Below, piece by piece: positions 8,271 through 18,044 of a DNA stretch of 64,000 nt. The stretch is taken from sequence record LR756502.1; one strand, given 5' to 3'. The position numbers and the translations under genes are program-made. The notes beneath the pieces were generated by a model, which did no database searches, had not been told where the DNA came from, and worked only from the letters and a program-made list of their open reading frames with translations. Within the stretch, counting starts at the first letter, position 1, and every line of letters starts with the position of its first letter.

Positions 8271-8552
8271 TTATATTCCTAATTCGTTTAATTTACCATC
8301 TCTTAGCTCTCTATAATCTGGAATCATCTGTGAATTGCCTAATCTTCTATCATCATTTGGTTCATCATCAAAGACAACTGAGTATATTTGAATTACAACA
8401 GGACCACCTTTATGATCTGATCCAATACGACCATCGAATACCTGTAATATAACTGTTCCCGATTTATCAGTTTTAGTATTTGTCTTTATATCGAAATAAT
8501 AAAACCTATCTCCTGGTTTGAATTCATTAAACCCTCTTTTTTCTTCATTCAT
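8271..8552 (-). CDS. Hypothetical protein, tag family
   Basis: Ends ELRDGKLNELGI. Confidence 0.8.
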   Translation of the reverse strand: MNEEKRGFNEFKPGDRFYYFDIKTNTKTDKSGTVILQVFDGRIGSDHKGGPVVIQIYSVVFDDEPNDDRRLGNSQMIPDYRELRDGKLNELGI

Positions 8553-8555
8553 AGA

Positions 8556-8771
8556 TTAGCTATTTTTAATAGCATTAATTACATCATCATAGTTTGATCC
8601 ACCATTAAAAGAAAGATCTTCATCAAATCGAATGTTCAACTGGACATTATACTCTTTCTCGAACCATTCTAATAGCTCATTAGCACCCCAAAATACTTCT
8701 GATGGAGTATCTGAACCCCACGAGAAGAATAATGTACCCAATGCTTTAATAAAAACTTCTTTCTCTTTCAT
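8556..8771 (-). CDS. Hypothetical protein
   Basis: 71-aa ORF in array. Confidence 0.7.
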   Translation of the reverse strand: MKEKEVFIKALGTLFFSWGSDTPSEVFWGANELLEWFEKEYNVQLNIRFDEDLSFNGGSNYDDVINAIKNS

Positions 8772-8780
8772 ATTTTTAAT

Positions 8781-8960
8781 TTATTTTCTTACATCCCATG
8801 TATTACCACATTCACAAGTATGTCTATCAAACTTATACCCATATGATATTCTAGCTTTTGGCATTAATATTGGTCTATTATTCTTAGGAGCAACGGTTCT
8901 TTGCCATTTCTCCTCGGAGGTTATATTTGTTGAGTTGCATATAGGACAATTAATTTTCAT
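8781..8960 (-). CDS. Small zinc-ribbon protein (59 aa, below the track cutoff)
   Basis: Hand translation MKINCPICNS...HTCECGNTWDVRK. Confidence 0.7.
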   Translation of the reverse strand: MKINCPICNSTNITSEEKWQRTVAPKNNRPILMPKARISYGYKFDRHTCECGNTWDVRK

Positions 8961-8962
8961 CT

Positions 8963-9223
8963 TTATTTTTCAAAACGTTCCTCAATTTCTGCTAGGTCTG
9001 TTGTTATATCTTTAAGGTTCTTAAACCAACTACACCACATTAGTACAGTATATCTACCATCCCAATCAGGGATATTTGATAAGCATTCTACGCTATTTAC
9101 TTCGAAATCTATCATTCCATATTTCAAAATTGCCATTACTACCTCATTTAGGTACTTCTTGTTTTTACAAGTTACTTCAAGTTCCCAACTTTGAGCATTT
9201 GATCTTTCATCTACTTTTATCAT
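8963..9223 (-). CDS. Hypothetical protein
   Basis: 86-aa ORF in array. Confidence 0.7.
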   Translation of the reverse strand: MIKVDERSNAQSWELEVTCKNKKYLNEVVMAILKYGMIDFEVNSVECLSNIPDWDGRYTVLMWCSWFKNLKDITTDLAEIEERFEK

Positions 9224-9247
9224 ATCTTTATACTTTATTTAATCGAC

Positions 9248-9460
9248 TTAAAATTGATCCTCCAACGGACACCATTTAGTTATTTTGAATTGTTTAAATT
9301 CTTCACCAGAATCTGATATTAAATCAGTCTTCATCCATATATATGAACTAGACATTAGATACCAAGCAACGTCATAATGCTTACCATCAGAAACGACTAC
9401 ATCATATCCTTCTTTTGGATATGTATCAATATCATTTTCTATTAAATTAATCCAATTCAT
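9248..9460 (-). CDS. DUF551-like small phage protein
   Basis: MNWI...P.EG..VVV...ITKWCPL pattern. Confidence 0.55.
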   Translation of the reverse strand: MNWINLIENDIDTYPKEGYDVVVSDGKHYDVAWYLMSSSYIWMKTDLISDSGEEFKQFKITKWCPLEDQF

Positions 9461-9463
9461 ATT

Positions 9464-9685
9464 TTATGAGTTATATCTATATCTTATTTTCTCACCACCA
9501 CACTTACCACAAACAACCTTACCTTTTCCATGACACCCAGCACATATATATTTTACTTTGTCTCTATCATCCACATCCTTGCATCCAGGACAATCTATCA
9601 TGCCATTACTACACGAACAAGATATAACATCAGATATATTCAATTGATCGTGTCTTTTAAATAAGTTTTTTATAATTTTTTTCAT
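9464..9685 (-). CDS. DnaJ-type zinc-finger protein
   Basis: CPGC, CAGCHGKGKVVCGKCGG repeats. Confidence 0.65.
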   Translation of the reverse strand: MKKIIKNLFKRHDQLNISDVISCSCSNGMIDCPGCKDVDDRDKVKYICAGCHGKGKVVCGKCGGEKIRYRYNS

Positions 9686-9939
9686 ATTCCCAACTCTTCT
9701 AATTTCTTATTCCTTAATTCACCAATCTTTATAAAAGAATGCTTCTGATAGTTATGCCCCTCTCCCACATCATCCAAAAGATTATAGTAAATACTCTCCC
9801 CTTTATGAAATATTTCAACAGCATCATAAACCTTACCTATTGTAAATGGCAATACACAACACTCTTCATTACAACCATTTCGCCTATGGGTAACAGATTT
9901 ATAGTAAGTGCCTTCATTAGATATACATTTAATCTTCAT
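9682..9939 (-). CDS. Hypothetical protein, tag family
   Basis: MKIKCI start; ends ELRNKKLEELGI. Confidence 0.8.
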   Translation of the reverse strand: MKIKCISNEGTYYKSVTHRRNGCNEECCVLPFTIGKVYDAVEIFHKGESIYYNLLDDVGEGHNYQKHSFIKIGELRNKKLEELGI

Positions 9940-10479
9940 TTAGTTACTTTTTAGTTCATATACCTTACCTAGTAAATCTTTGAATTTACTCTTGTCCAAC
10001 TTCTGCCAAGTGGCGTTTCTATAACCTTTATATGTTTCTCCAAGCTTAACTTCATTAAAACTATCTAATGTGTCCTGGAAAACGTGTCCACAATCAATCA
10101 CCTTATCACCTTCTATTTGAAGATAGATTTGCTTGAAAATAGCCCTTTTGTCTAGATTCTTAACAATTAACAAAGTACGCTTCTGTGTTCTACGATAAGT
10201 TACTCCTACTAACTTGTACTTATGAATGCCATTATCATCACCATGAAGATGATTAGGGTTATAAACATAAAGAGTATTCTTGTCATTATACTGACTTAAC
10301 TGTTCTTTATCGATCTCTGCTAAATGTTTATAAATAGGATATTCACAATATCCTTTGAATATACTCCACTCAATTTTGGTGTCTTTTAATACAGCATCTT
10401 TGCGTGGAATTACTGTTACTTCTTCGTTTGTATCATCCGCAGGTTCAACCCGTGGTTTAGATGATTTTATTACTTTCAT
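9940..10479 (-). CDS. Hypothetical protein
   Basis: 179-aa ORF. Confidence 0.75.
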   Translation of the reverse strand: MKVIKSSKPRVEPADDTNEEVTVIPRKDAVLKDTKIEWSIFKGYCEYPIYKHLAEIDKEQLSQYNDKNTLYVYNPNHLHGDDNGIHKYKLVGVTYRRTQKRTLLIVKNLDKRAIFKQIYLQIEGDKVIDCGHVFQDTLDSFNEVKLGETYKGYRNATWQKLDKSKFKDLLGKVYELKSN

Positions 10480-10516
10480 ATTTAGTGGTTTGGTTGGTGT
10501 GGTTTAGTTGCTTAAA

Positions 10517-10771
10517 TTAAATCATTAAGTGTTGCGCACTGAACTTATAAGTCCACTCTTGTGCTTTATCATAACTATCACAAGGTATTACTTGTTTAGT
10601 TTGTTGGTTAATTACATAGTGTTCTTTATTTATAAGAATATGAATAAACCCTTGGAATTTACTCATTGCATTAAATAATGTATCATATAAGTCATCTGTT
10701 TGGTTTATGATAACCTCTGCTTTGATACAGTGTTGTCCAAATGGACAATCATTATATTTTATATTTGCCAT
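10517..10771 (-). CDS. Hypothetical protein
   Basis: 84-aa ORF. Confidence 0.7.
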   Translation of the reverse strand: MANIKYNDCPFGQHCIKAEVIINQTDDLYDTLFNAMSKFQGFIHILINKEHYVINQQTKQVIPCDSYDKAQEWTYKFSAQHLMI

Positions 10772-10812
10772 GTCTTTAAGGTTTAGATGTTTGTTAGAAT
10801 ATGATTAAAACT

Positions 10813-10848
10813 TAAAAGAAGTTGTTAGGTTTTATCCTAACAACTTCT
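10813..10848 (-). terminator. Rho-independent terminator
   Basis: 13-bp stem AGAAGTTGTTAGG/CCTAACAACTTCT followed by a T-run on the minus strand. Confidence 0.75.
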
Positions 10849-10865
10849 CAGTATCTTCTTTAAGA

Positions 10866-11498
10866 TTATCCTTTAATAACCTCGATGTTCTTTAACATTA
10901 CTACTGGTTTAACAGCCTCCATCACTTCAGCAACATCACCAAAAGTCTTGAACACATCAATTGTTCCTTTTGCTACGGTGTAAACAGTAGCCGCTTTGAT
11001 GATTTTCTCTTTGTCTCTTTCAGTGATTTCGTCACTTTCTTGAATAAGACGACTCAAAATTTCACCATATTTTTCAATCATTTCGTTATCAAAAGAGAAA
11101 GTAGTTTTCTCTTCAACAATTTCCTCACCAAATGTCTCACGTAAAGACTCAGCACGCTCAGCGTTGATTGTAATATACTTATCTTGAGCGATAAACATCA
11201 ATTGAGATACATCACCATCATCATTTACATGCTCTAACATAACAGACTCTGGGTTTTTACCAGTTTTTTGGTATAATTTAGCCCACTCGGTCTTACCAAG
11301 GTCACGTAATTCATCAGTGATCATATCTAACTGAGCTTTCTCACGTTTCATATTATCTTGAAGTTTCTCAGCTTTTTCAACTTTTGTGAAAAATGAAGGG
11401 TCCTCAATTTTGATACGAGTTTTTTCGTCAGCTCCTTTAGCTACTTTTTTTGGTGCTGCTTTTTTAGCTGCTGAAAATAAATTTTTTGCTCCTGCCAT
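10866..11498 (-). CDS. Conserved-looking helical protein with a basic N-terminus
   Basis: 210 aa, own promoter (11546-11553) and terminator; function not recognised. Confidence 0.8.
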   Translation of the reverse strand: MAGAKNLFSAAKKAAPKKVAKGADEKTRIKIEDPSFFTKVEKAEKLQDNMKREKAQLDMITDELRDLGKTEWAKLYQKTGKNPESVMLEHVNDDGDVSQLMFIAQDKYITINAERAESLRETFGEEIVEEKTTFSFDNEMIEKYGEILSRLIQESDEITERDKEKIIKAATVYTVAKGTIDVFKTFGDVAEVMEAVKPVVMLKNIEVIKG

Positions 11499-11534
11499 TG
11501 TCTTATAAGTTTTAGTAGTGGTTAGTATTAGTGA

Positions 11535-11688
11535 TTAATTATATACAAATATACGGATAAATGTTTGATTTACCAAAAAAGTAGTCAGATTATTATGTTT
11601 TACCTTCACAGGATGCGCCAACGCTAGTTCAAACTACTCTCTTTAATTATATACAAATATACGGATAAATATTCGATTTACCAAACAA
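11535..11688 (-). promoter_or_regulatory. Duplicated 46-bp Bacteroidota-type promoters (11535-11580 and 11643-11688)
   Basis: Both have TTTG/TTGG...20 nt...TATATTTG; near-identical direct repeat. Confidence 0.75.
11575..11640 (-). ncRNA. Candidate small structured RNA between the tandem promoters
   Basis: AGTAGTT/GACTACT closing stem, GCG-TTGG-CGC and CCT-GTGA-AGG hairpins, U6 tail. Confidence 0.4.
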
Positions 11689-11714
11689 AATATCAACAAA
11701 TTTATATATTAATT

Positions 11715-12089
11715 ATGGTATTAACAAGAGAGTGGCAAGACTATAGTGATTATAATTATCGATGGCCATCAAAACTGTATATATACCGGAGGAGAATATC
11801 AAAAATTGGTCGTAATTTCTCTTTACTTGAGAGTATTCGTATAGTACAGATTAATGATAATATTGATGTATATTATGACCGTGTAGTTGGTATGTCAGAA
11901 GATAAGATGTTTAGTGCTAATGTATACTCTTTAATCTATAGATTCTGTAACATGATACTTAGTAAGTCAGTAAAAGAATCTGTTGTGGATATAAGACACT
12001 CTAAGTTATATAAGAATCATCCGTTCATTGGTGATAGGTTTAAGAATGTTGTTAGGGATAGTAAACTAGATATCCTTGGTATTGATTAG
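11715..12089 (+). CDS. Hypothetical protein, tag family (plus strand)
   Basis: Ends VVRDSKLDILGID. Confidence 0.75.
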   Translation: MVLTREWQDYSDYNYRWPSKLYIYRRRISKIGRNFSLLESIRIVQINDNIDVYYDRVVGMSEDKMFSANVYSLIYRFCNMILSKSVKESVVDIRHSKLYKNHPFIGDRFKNVVRDSKLDILGID

Positions 12090-12503
12090 TTACCAATCAA
12101 TATTGATTGTATAACTTCCAGCCTCAATTAATCCTTTATTATATAAATCGTTTGCAACAGTTTGTAAATCTGGGTAAAAGTTTCTACGCCAAAATAAATC
12201 TAGATAGTTTTTATCTGATTTACTTCCATTCCATTCATTAGGATCTCTTTTCAACCAAACGTCAAATTTGACTCCCATCTCATTCCCATTTATAACCTCT
12301 GGTATACTATCATTCATTTCCTCATCATCTGTCCATTCTTCGGGAATACTAATATGAACAACTCCTCTTGATTGACAACCTCTTTGCTGTTGAAAACTAT
12401 ATGGTTTATTATAGGTTTCTCTTACTAATCTGTCCCAGTCTTGTACTTGAACAACTCTTTCAGTTTTGAATTTTAGCATTTCAAATGTTTTTAAGTGTTT
12501 CAC
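12090..12503 (-). CDS. Hypothetical protein with CTS-like N-terminus
   Basis: GTG start, MKHLKTFE. Confidence 0.75.
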   Translation of the reverse strand: MKHLKTFEMLKFKTERVVQVQDWDRLVRETYNKPYSFQQQRGCQSRGVVHISIPEEWTDDEEMNDSIPEVINGNEMGVKFDVWLKRDPNEWNGSKSDKNYLDLFWRRNFYPDLQTVANDLYNKGLIEAGSYTINIDW

Positions 12504-12691
12504 AAAAGTACGATTTTATTTTTAATATAAAAAATTTGAGTCATTGTTCTTTCTGTTTGTATTCTTCCCTATTAAAGTGTGTACTTTATAAGAGTCCATT
12601 TGCCCTTCTTAGCCTCATTTAATTCCATATCTTGGAACCTAGATATCTTCATAATATTAAAAAAATATTTTCTTTATATATTAATTTTTAC

Positions 12692-13003
12692 TTACTTAGA
12701 ATTTGTCATTTCTATTATATGTTCAACATACTTATCTCTTTGTTCAACAAGGTACTTTTCTCTTTCTAGGAGTCTTGCTCTTTCATCTTCAACGATTTTA
12801 TCTGCATAAGATTGTTTTTGGTCAATTATTGTTTGTTTTTGGTCTACAATACTCTTGTAACTATTTAGTTGGTCTTCGAACATTTTGTTTTGGTAGTATA
12901 ATCCACCAAGCATTAGTATGATTATAAAAGATTGTTCTTTTAATTTTGATAAGAATGTATCAAAAAACCCTCCTGTATTAGACACTTTTTTTATTTCTTC
13001 CAT
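12692..13003 (-). CDS. Membrane-anchored coiled-coil protein (holin- or spanin-like possible)
   Basis: Likely start MEEIKK at 13003 behind a TATATA element; one TM (FIIILMLGGLYY) plus coiled coil. Confidence 0.65.
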   Translation of the reverse strand: MEEIKKVSNTGGFFDTFLSKLKEQSFIIILMLGGLYYQNKMFEDQLNSYKSIVDQKQTIIDQKQSYADKIVEDERARLLEREKYLVEQRDKYVEHIIEMTNSK

Positions 13004-13072
13004 AGCATTATATATAATTAAATGGTTATCATAATTTGATTGTTGGTTAAAACTTTTAATATATAAAGGACT

Positions 13073-14044
13073 ATGAAACACCTAATTAAGTTCGAGGGTA
13101 TTGATGATGTTAGTAAACTAACTGGTTGGGTAAATGTCAAAATTGACCACCAGTTGTTTATTAGAATGTCAAGGTATGTATTAGCCTTAGATACACTATG
13201 TGATCGACCAAGTGATAAGTACAATCTATTTATTAAGATTGATATGTTGTCAAATATTGAATCCTATATTAATAATGTAGATGTTGATATACAAACTAAG
13301 ATATCTATTATTACCTTACTACAATACCTAAATGAGATAAAAACTAAATTTAACCCATCATCTGCTGGATTTTTATTAGAGAGCTTCTTAGCATGTCTAA
13401 TACATGGTGAGGTAATTCCTGGATATGAAGAAGCTGATATAACCTCATCTTATAGTGAGCTTGATGCTGTTCAATTTAAAACATCATCATCCAGAGGAAT
13501 TAAGAAGTTGAATTATCAGATAAAGCTATATAAAAGTGGTGGTAATATTAAAATAAAGTGGAAGGAACTTTGTGACTATTATGTTATATGCTTAAAAAAT
13601 TCAAATAATACAATAGACGTGCATATTCTATCAAAAGATCCTAATGATGCTGATAGTTATATAGGTAAATTTGCTGTTAATATTATAAAATCCGTAAAAC
13701 CTAATGATTTTATAAGAGATGCTGGTAGAGAAACTCAGTATATTCTATTAAACACTAAGAAGCTTTATACCGAAGGAAGGGCACATGAACATAAGAGAAC
13801 ATTGGATATAAAAGATGATACGATTAATGGTCTAATACTAGCTTGTGGTAATAGTGTTAAGAACTCAATAGAGAAGGTGTATAATAATCTTTCCGAACTT
13901 CATTACAATGTTGATTCACTTGTTAGTGGCCTTGATAAGAATAAGGTTAAGATTAGTCCGGATAGAGCTAAGAAGAATGCTGATATAACACTTAGGAAAA
14001 TATCAAATGATGTATCAAATCTAAAAAGAGATATATCTAGATAG
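13073..14044 (+). CDS. CTS-bearing protein with a possible PD-(D/E)xK nuclease-like core
   Basis: MKHLIKFE; GFLLESFLA...ADI...YQIKL spacing. Confidence 0.55.
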   Translation: MKHLIKFEGIDDVSKLTGWVNVKIDHQLFIRMSRYVLALDTLCDRPSDKYNLFIKIDMLSNIESYINNVDVDIQTKISIITLLQYLNEIKTKFNPSSAGFLLESFLACLIHGEVIPGYEEADITSSYSELDAVQFKTSSSRGIKKLNYQIKLYKSGGNIKIKWKELCDYYVICLKNSNNTIDVHILSKDPNDADSYIGKFAVNIIKSVKPNDFIRDAGRETQYILLNTKKLYTEGRAHEHKRTLDIKDDTINGLILACGNSVKNSIEKVYNNLSELHYNVDSLVSGLDKNKVKISPDRAKKNADITLRKISNDVSNLKRDISR

Positions 14045-14074
14045 TGATGATTTTATAAATTAATATATAGTTCT

Positions 14075-14803
14075 ATGAAATACTTAAAGATATTTGAGGC
14101 CAAGGTCAAAAAAGACTGGGAAAAAATGGTTGTTAATATAGAAGATGACTTTAGAAATTTAATAAATGCTAGCACTGATATTACATTAGACTATATCAAA
14201 GACATATCGGCATCAGCTTTAGATGTATTCAGTGGGGAAAAAACTGAATATGACCAATATTTATGGCTTGAGTTTAATGAGGAGACATATGTTTTTATGA
14301 GTAAAGATGGTAAGGTTGATGATGCTGAATTTGGAGAGGCTGATAAATCTATGTATAAAGACGCTGTTAGTTTCTATAAAGATCTAATAACAACAAAAGA
14401 AGATGTTTGTTTGATAATTACAGTTGATGTCTATTTTAACCTTGGTGTATCTGAAGATGATCCTAAGGTCATATCATTAAAGGAAGAAATAAAGGATATA
14501 GAAAGTAGATGTGAGGGAGAGGGAATTTTATTTATACCACATTTGCGTATGTCCAAATCCGATACTCTTCAGCGCCCACATAAGGGTCGTGAGAAAGATG
14601 AAATAAGTCTTCTTTCTTTTGGATTTGAGTTTAGAATAAAGCTTGATACATCAAAAATGACATATGACTATCATAATATAATATCATCAGATGTTATATC
14701 TGATTTTGATAAATTTATAAGTATGTATAAAATACCAAAAGAAGGAGAGGATGATCTAGTTAAATTGATAAGCAAATCCTTAATTGCCTCGAAGAAGAAA
14801 TAA
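14075..14803 (+). CDS. Putative internal head protein (CTS-like)
   Basis: MKYLKIFE; TAATATATAG at 14061. Confidence 0.75.
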   Translation: MKYLKIFEAKVKKDWEKMVVNIEDDFRNLINASTDITLDYIKDISASALDVFSGEKTEYDQYLWLEFNEETYVFMSKDGKVDDAEFGEADKSMYKDAVSFYKDLITTKEDVCLIITVDVYFNLGVSEDDPKVISLKEEIKDIESRCEGEGILFIPHLRMSKSDTLQRPHKGREKDEISLLSFGFEFRIKLDTSKMTYDYHNIISSDVISDFDKFISMYKIPKEGEDDLVKLISKSLIASKKK

Positions 14804-14809
14804 TAATTT

Positions 14810-15349
14810 ATGAAGAACTTAGAAACATATGAATCGTTTTTCAAAAACTTAAAAAATCTTTTCAAAAAAGATGCTACTCATTCGTTTGGAGCATTTTACA
14901 AAAACCTAAAATATGGTAAGGTAACTCCAGATGAACCACATCCTGTAGATGATGAGAGGTATATGACAAAAGAAAGAAAAAACGAAATAACAGATACAAT
15001 TGTAGATTGTCTTCAAGATATATTTGATGAATATAGTATATATAACTCAAATGGTAAAAAATGGCACAACGTGATGATGTGGTCTTATATAAATTGTGAA
15101 TCGTCTAGAGTGGGTATTGAAATATATAATATTAGACAAATGTCATATGATAATTTATTAGATGATATAACTGATAAAAAGGATATGTTGGAAAGTATGT
15201 GTGGTGTCAAAGTTAGAATAGATGATTGGGGTGGTGGATTTGAATATGGTGAAAAAGATTCAGATGCTACAATACAAATAACTTTTCCTTTCCATGAACA
15301 ATCCTCATATGATGTTCAGAAAGAAAGAGCAAAAATGGGATGGAAATGA
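14810..15349 (+). CDS. Putative internal head protein (CTS-like)
   Basis: MKNLETYESF. Confidence 0.75.
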   Translation: MKNLETYESFFKNLKNLFKKDATHSFGAFYKNLKYGKVTPDEPHPVDDERYMTKERKNEITDTIVDCLQDIFDEYSIYNSNGKKWHNVMMWSYINCESSRVGIEIYNIRQMSYDNLLDDITDKKDMLESMCGVKVRIDDWGGGFEYGEKDSDATIQITFPFHEQSSYDVQKERAKMGWK

Positions 15350-15837
15350 AATACATAAGAAAGTTTAATGAGTCTTTTAAACCAATGTTGGATAGTAATA
15401 GTATAGGTGATATATTATTGGATGTAATTGATATTGGATATAGATGTCATGTCGGGACAGATTGGTGGTGGGATGGTAAGAATAGCATTAATATTACAAT
15501 ATATGGCATAGAAGAGTTCAATAAAGATATTCACTGCAATGTTGATTATATTTATATTGATGATGTTGTTGAATCGGTGAATAGATTATTCAAATACTTG
15601 AAATCAGAAGGATATGAACCAAGTGAAATTAGTAGTAAAGTTGCGGAAGTAATTAATAAAGGTCCTGATGATCTTGATCTCATTAAGAAAAATGGGCGAA
15701 ACAGGGGAGAAATTAGAATATTAACTGGTGAGGTATATAGTGATGGATCCAAAAGTGGGTTAAATTTTAAAAAGGACAAGGAAAAGAATAAGTGGAAAAC
15801 AGATGATTTACCCGCATTTCGATTCACTCAAAAATAG
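15346..15837 (+). CDS. Putative internal head protein (CTS-like)
   Basis: MKYIRKFNES. Confidence 0.75.
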   Translation: MKYIRKFNESFKPMLDSNSIGDILLDVIDIGYRCHVGTDWWWDGKNSINITIYGIEEFNKDIHCNVDYIYIDDVVESVNRLFKYLKSEGYEPSEISSKVAEVINKGPDDLDLIKKNGRNRGEIRILTGEVYSDGSKSGLNFKKDKEKNKWKTDDLPAFRFTQK

Positions 15838-15847
15838 TAAAATTAAA

Positions 15848-16306
15848 ATGAAATACTTAAAGGGATATAAATTATTAAATGAAAGTGAATCTTTGGATGA
15901 GGTTGCTCAATCAATAACTGATAGACTAGTTGACCTAAAGGATCTTGGTGCTAATATATACATAGGTACTTGGCAATGGAATGATCTAAATGGGTATATT
16001 GAAATTATTAATAACGATAATGATATTGATAAAAGGGTATACTGTGTCCGTATTGATATAACCACTTATGATAAATATTCAAAAGTACAATCAGCATATG
16101 TTTATGATGATGACTGTGATAGAGATGGTGATAAGGTGTCTGAGGTTAATGTTGAATCGATTCACAAGTCTGCTAAAGTGCTAGGTGAGGTGGCTAACTT
16201 CATTTCAATGGCTAAGGGAGAAGGTTGGCTATTATTTATGGATGATTCAGATATATCATCAAAAAGCATAAGAATTAATTTCTTTATTATACCAAATAAA
16301 AACTAA
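15848..16306 (+). CDS. Putative internal head protein (CTS-like)
   Basis: Likely start MKYLKGYKLLNES at 15848. Confidence 0.75.
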   Translation: MKYLKGYKLLNESESLDEVAQSITDRLVDLKDLGANIYIGTWQWNDLNGYIEIINNDNDIDKRVYCVRIDITTYDKYSKVQSAYVYDDDCDRDGDKVSEVNVESIHKSAKVLGEVANFISMAKGEGWLLFMDDSDISSKSIRINFFIIPNKN

Positions 16307-16812
16307 TCAACCTTTCTAAATATCAATTTACAACTAAGATTATGTGCTAACTTTCTAATGAATGCGTCATTTGCCTTTGTGTTGTGTAATAGCTTAGGTT
16401 TCTTTATTATATCAAATGTTAGATCCTCATTCATATAAATTAGTCCAGCATACTCTGGTACCTCATCAATCGTTATTAAATCTCTAGGTGTTATATAGTT
16501 AAAGTAATTTGGTAAGAAGTATATCAACTCACCCTTTTTAATCTTAGTATAGTTCTCGTTTATTATATGAGTGTGTTTCTCTTTAACAAAGTCTTTCTTA
16601 AAGTCAGCACGGCTTATCTTTATTTCATACTCGTAGATATAATCTGACTTAGATATTGATATAACATCACACTCTTGTAATCCCATTCCTGTAAATCTTG
16701 TAGTTATAGGCGAGTGTGATTTTTCATAGAGGTACATACAGATTGCTGCCTCAATGTTCTTGGATTTAGAGTTATCTCTCTTTATTTTATTAATACTTGA
16801 TTTTCTTCCCAT
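16303..16812 (-). CDS. MmcB-like PD-(D/E)xK nuclease / DNA repair protein
   Basis: ECDVISI...YEYEIKISRADF motif. Confidence 0.7.
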   Translation of the reverse strand: MGRKSSINKIKRDNSKSKNIEAAICMYLYEKSHSPITTRFTGMGLQECDVISISKSDYIYEYEIKISRADFKKDFVKEKHTHIINENYTKIKKGELIYFLPNYFNYITPRDLITIDEVPEYAGLIYMNEDLTFDIIKKPKLLHNTKANDAFIRKLAHNLSCKLIFRKVD

Positions 16813-16858
16813 AAAGTATCTATAAAATAAATACAGATACCAATAAAATAATATAAAA

Positions 16859-17047
16859 CTACTTAGACTTTAATCTAGCCTCTGGTACTATTGATATAGT
16901 GTGTCCTTTGCTTGACTTTAGTGAGTATTTTGCAACACCTTCTGGTGTTGTCCATGCTTTTGTTACTGTTGAGTTATCGAATCCATAACCTTTCCAATTC
17001 TTATTCTCTTTAACTAGTGATACTGAATCACCTACTTTGTATTTCAT
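16859..17047 (-). CDS. Small SH3/KOW-like protein
   Basis: MKYKVGDSV start. Confidence 0.65.
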   Translation of the reverse strand: MKYKVGDSVSLVKENKNWKGYGFDNSTVTKAWTTPEGVAKYSLKSSKGHTISIVPEARLKSK

Positions 17048-17048
17048 T

Positions 17049-17639
17049 TTAGTTGTATTTTATAGTATTATTAATCTCGTTTACTTGTCTTTGAACATCA
17101 TCCCCGTCATTGTTGAATATGGTATATTCAGACATTATCATTTTATCATTTGATGATATTTGTGACTTCATCCTACTTCTGTAATCATTCTCATCGAATC
17201 CACTTCTTTCAAATGCTCTTTTCATTCTAATATCCTCATTAGCAAATACATATATTACTTCATCAAGCCTATCTTTTAATTCTGTCTCATAAAGTATGGC
17301 TGATTCTGCGATAATATACTTTTCATCCTTGTTTGTATCACAGAAATTTATGAACTCATCAAATACATATGGATGTGCTAGCTCATTTAATCTTTGTAGC
17401 TTTGATTCACCACCCTTAACGAATATAATTCCTCTAATAACATCTGGTATCATTTTACCATTCTCATCATATACTTCACCAAATTCCTTAACAATCTGAT
17501 CTTTAAGTGGTTGTTTATTATTTATAACATATCTAGCTACATCATCTGAATAGAATACTGGTACTCCTAATTGTTCAAATAGTTTTGCGCAGTAACTCTT
17601 TCCGCTGCCCATCTCTCCAGTTATACCTACTTTAATCAT
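17049..17639 (-). CDS. coaE: Dephospho-CoA kinase
   Basis: VGITGEMGSGKS P-loop, FYSDDVA, LNELAHPYV, ESAILYE. Confidence 0.9.
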   Translation of the reverse strand: MIKVGITGEMGSGKSYCAKLFEQLGVPVFYSDDVARYVINNKQPLKDQIVKEFGEVYDENGKMIPDVIRGIIFVKGGESKLQRLNELAHPYVFDEFINFCDTNKDEKYIIAESAILYETELKDRLDEVIYVFANEDIRMKRAFERSGFDENDYRSRMKSQISSNDKMIMSEYTIFNNDGDDVQRQVNEINNTIKYN

Positions 17640-17859
17640 TTTTATAGTCATCAAATGTTTTGTATACTACTCTACCAACAAACCCCTCAGGATTACTCCA
17701 ACTTTTTGTGATCCTTCCTTCGCCGTCCTTATGTATGTACGTGTACCCTAAACTAGCGTTTCTTCCAATAGTACTATTAATACCAGATTTATTAACATTA
17801 CTTTTATCTGTTAACCCAAGTGATATTAAATAATCTATCTCTTCAAATGTAAAATCCAT
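17632..17859 (-). CDS. Hypothetical protein
   Basis: 75-aa ORF in operon. Confidence 0.65.
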   Translation of the reverse strand: MDFTFEEIDYLISLGLTDKSNVNKSGINSTIGRNASLGYTYIHKDGEGRITKSWSNPEGFVGRVVYKTFDDYKND

Positions 17860-17863
17860 ATTG

Positions 17864-18043
17864 TTATTTAAGCTTGTAATATAAGTGATTATACATTATT
17901 CTTAGGTTTACTTCACTTAGTTCTTTTGTCAAGAATTCTTTTTCTGGATACATCTCCAAGTAATAACTAACAAACATTTTCTTTGCTTCCTTATCCTTTA
18001 AAAGTACCCTACCCCATAATTCAAACACTTCCTCTTTTTCCAT
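17864..18043 (-). CDS. Hypothetical protein
   Basis: Likely start MEKEEVF at 18043. Confidence 0.6.
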   Translation of the reverse strand: MEKEEVFELWGRVLLKDKEAKKMFVSYYLEMYPEKEFLTKELSEVNLRIMYNHLYYKLK

Positions 18044-18044
18044 C

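Noticed and set aside
10866-11498. Mu Gam-like / host-nuclease inhibitor call
   Set aside because: Only general helical, charged character; no motif I can confirm.
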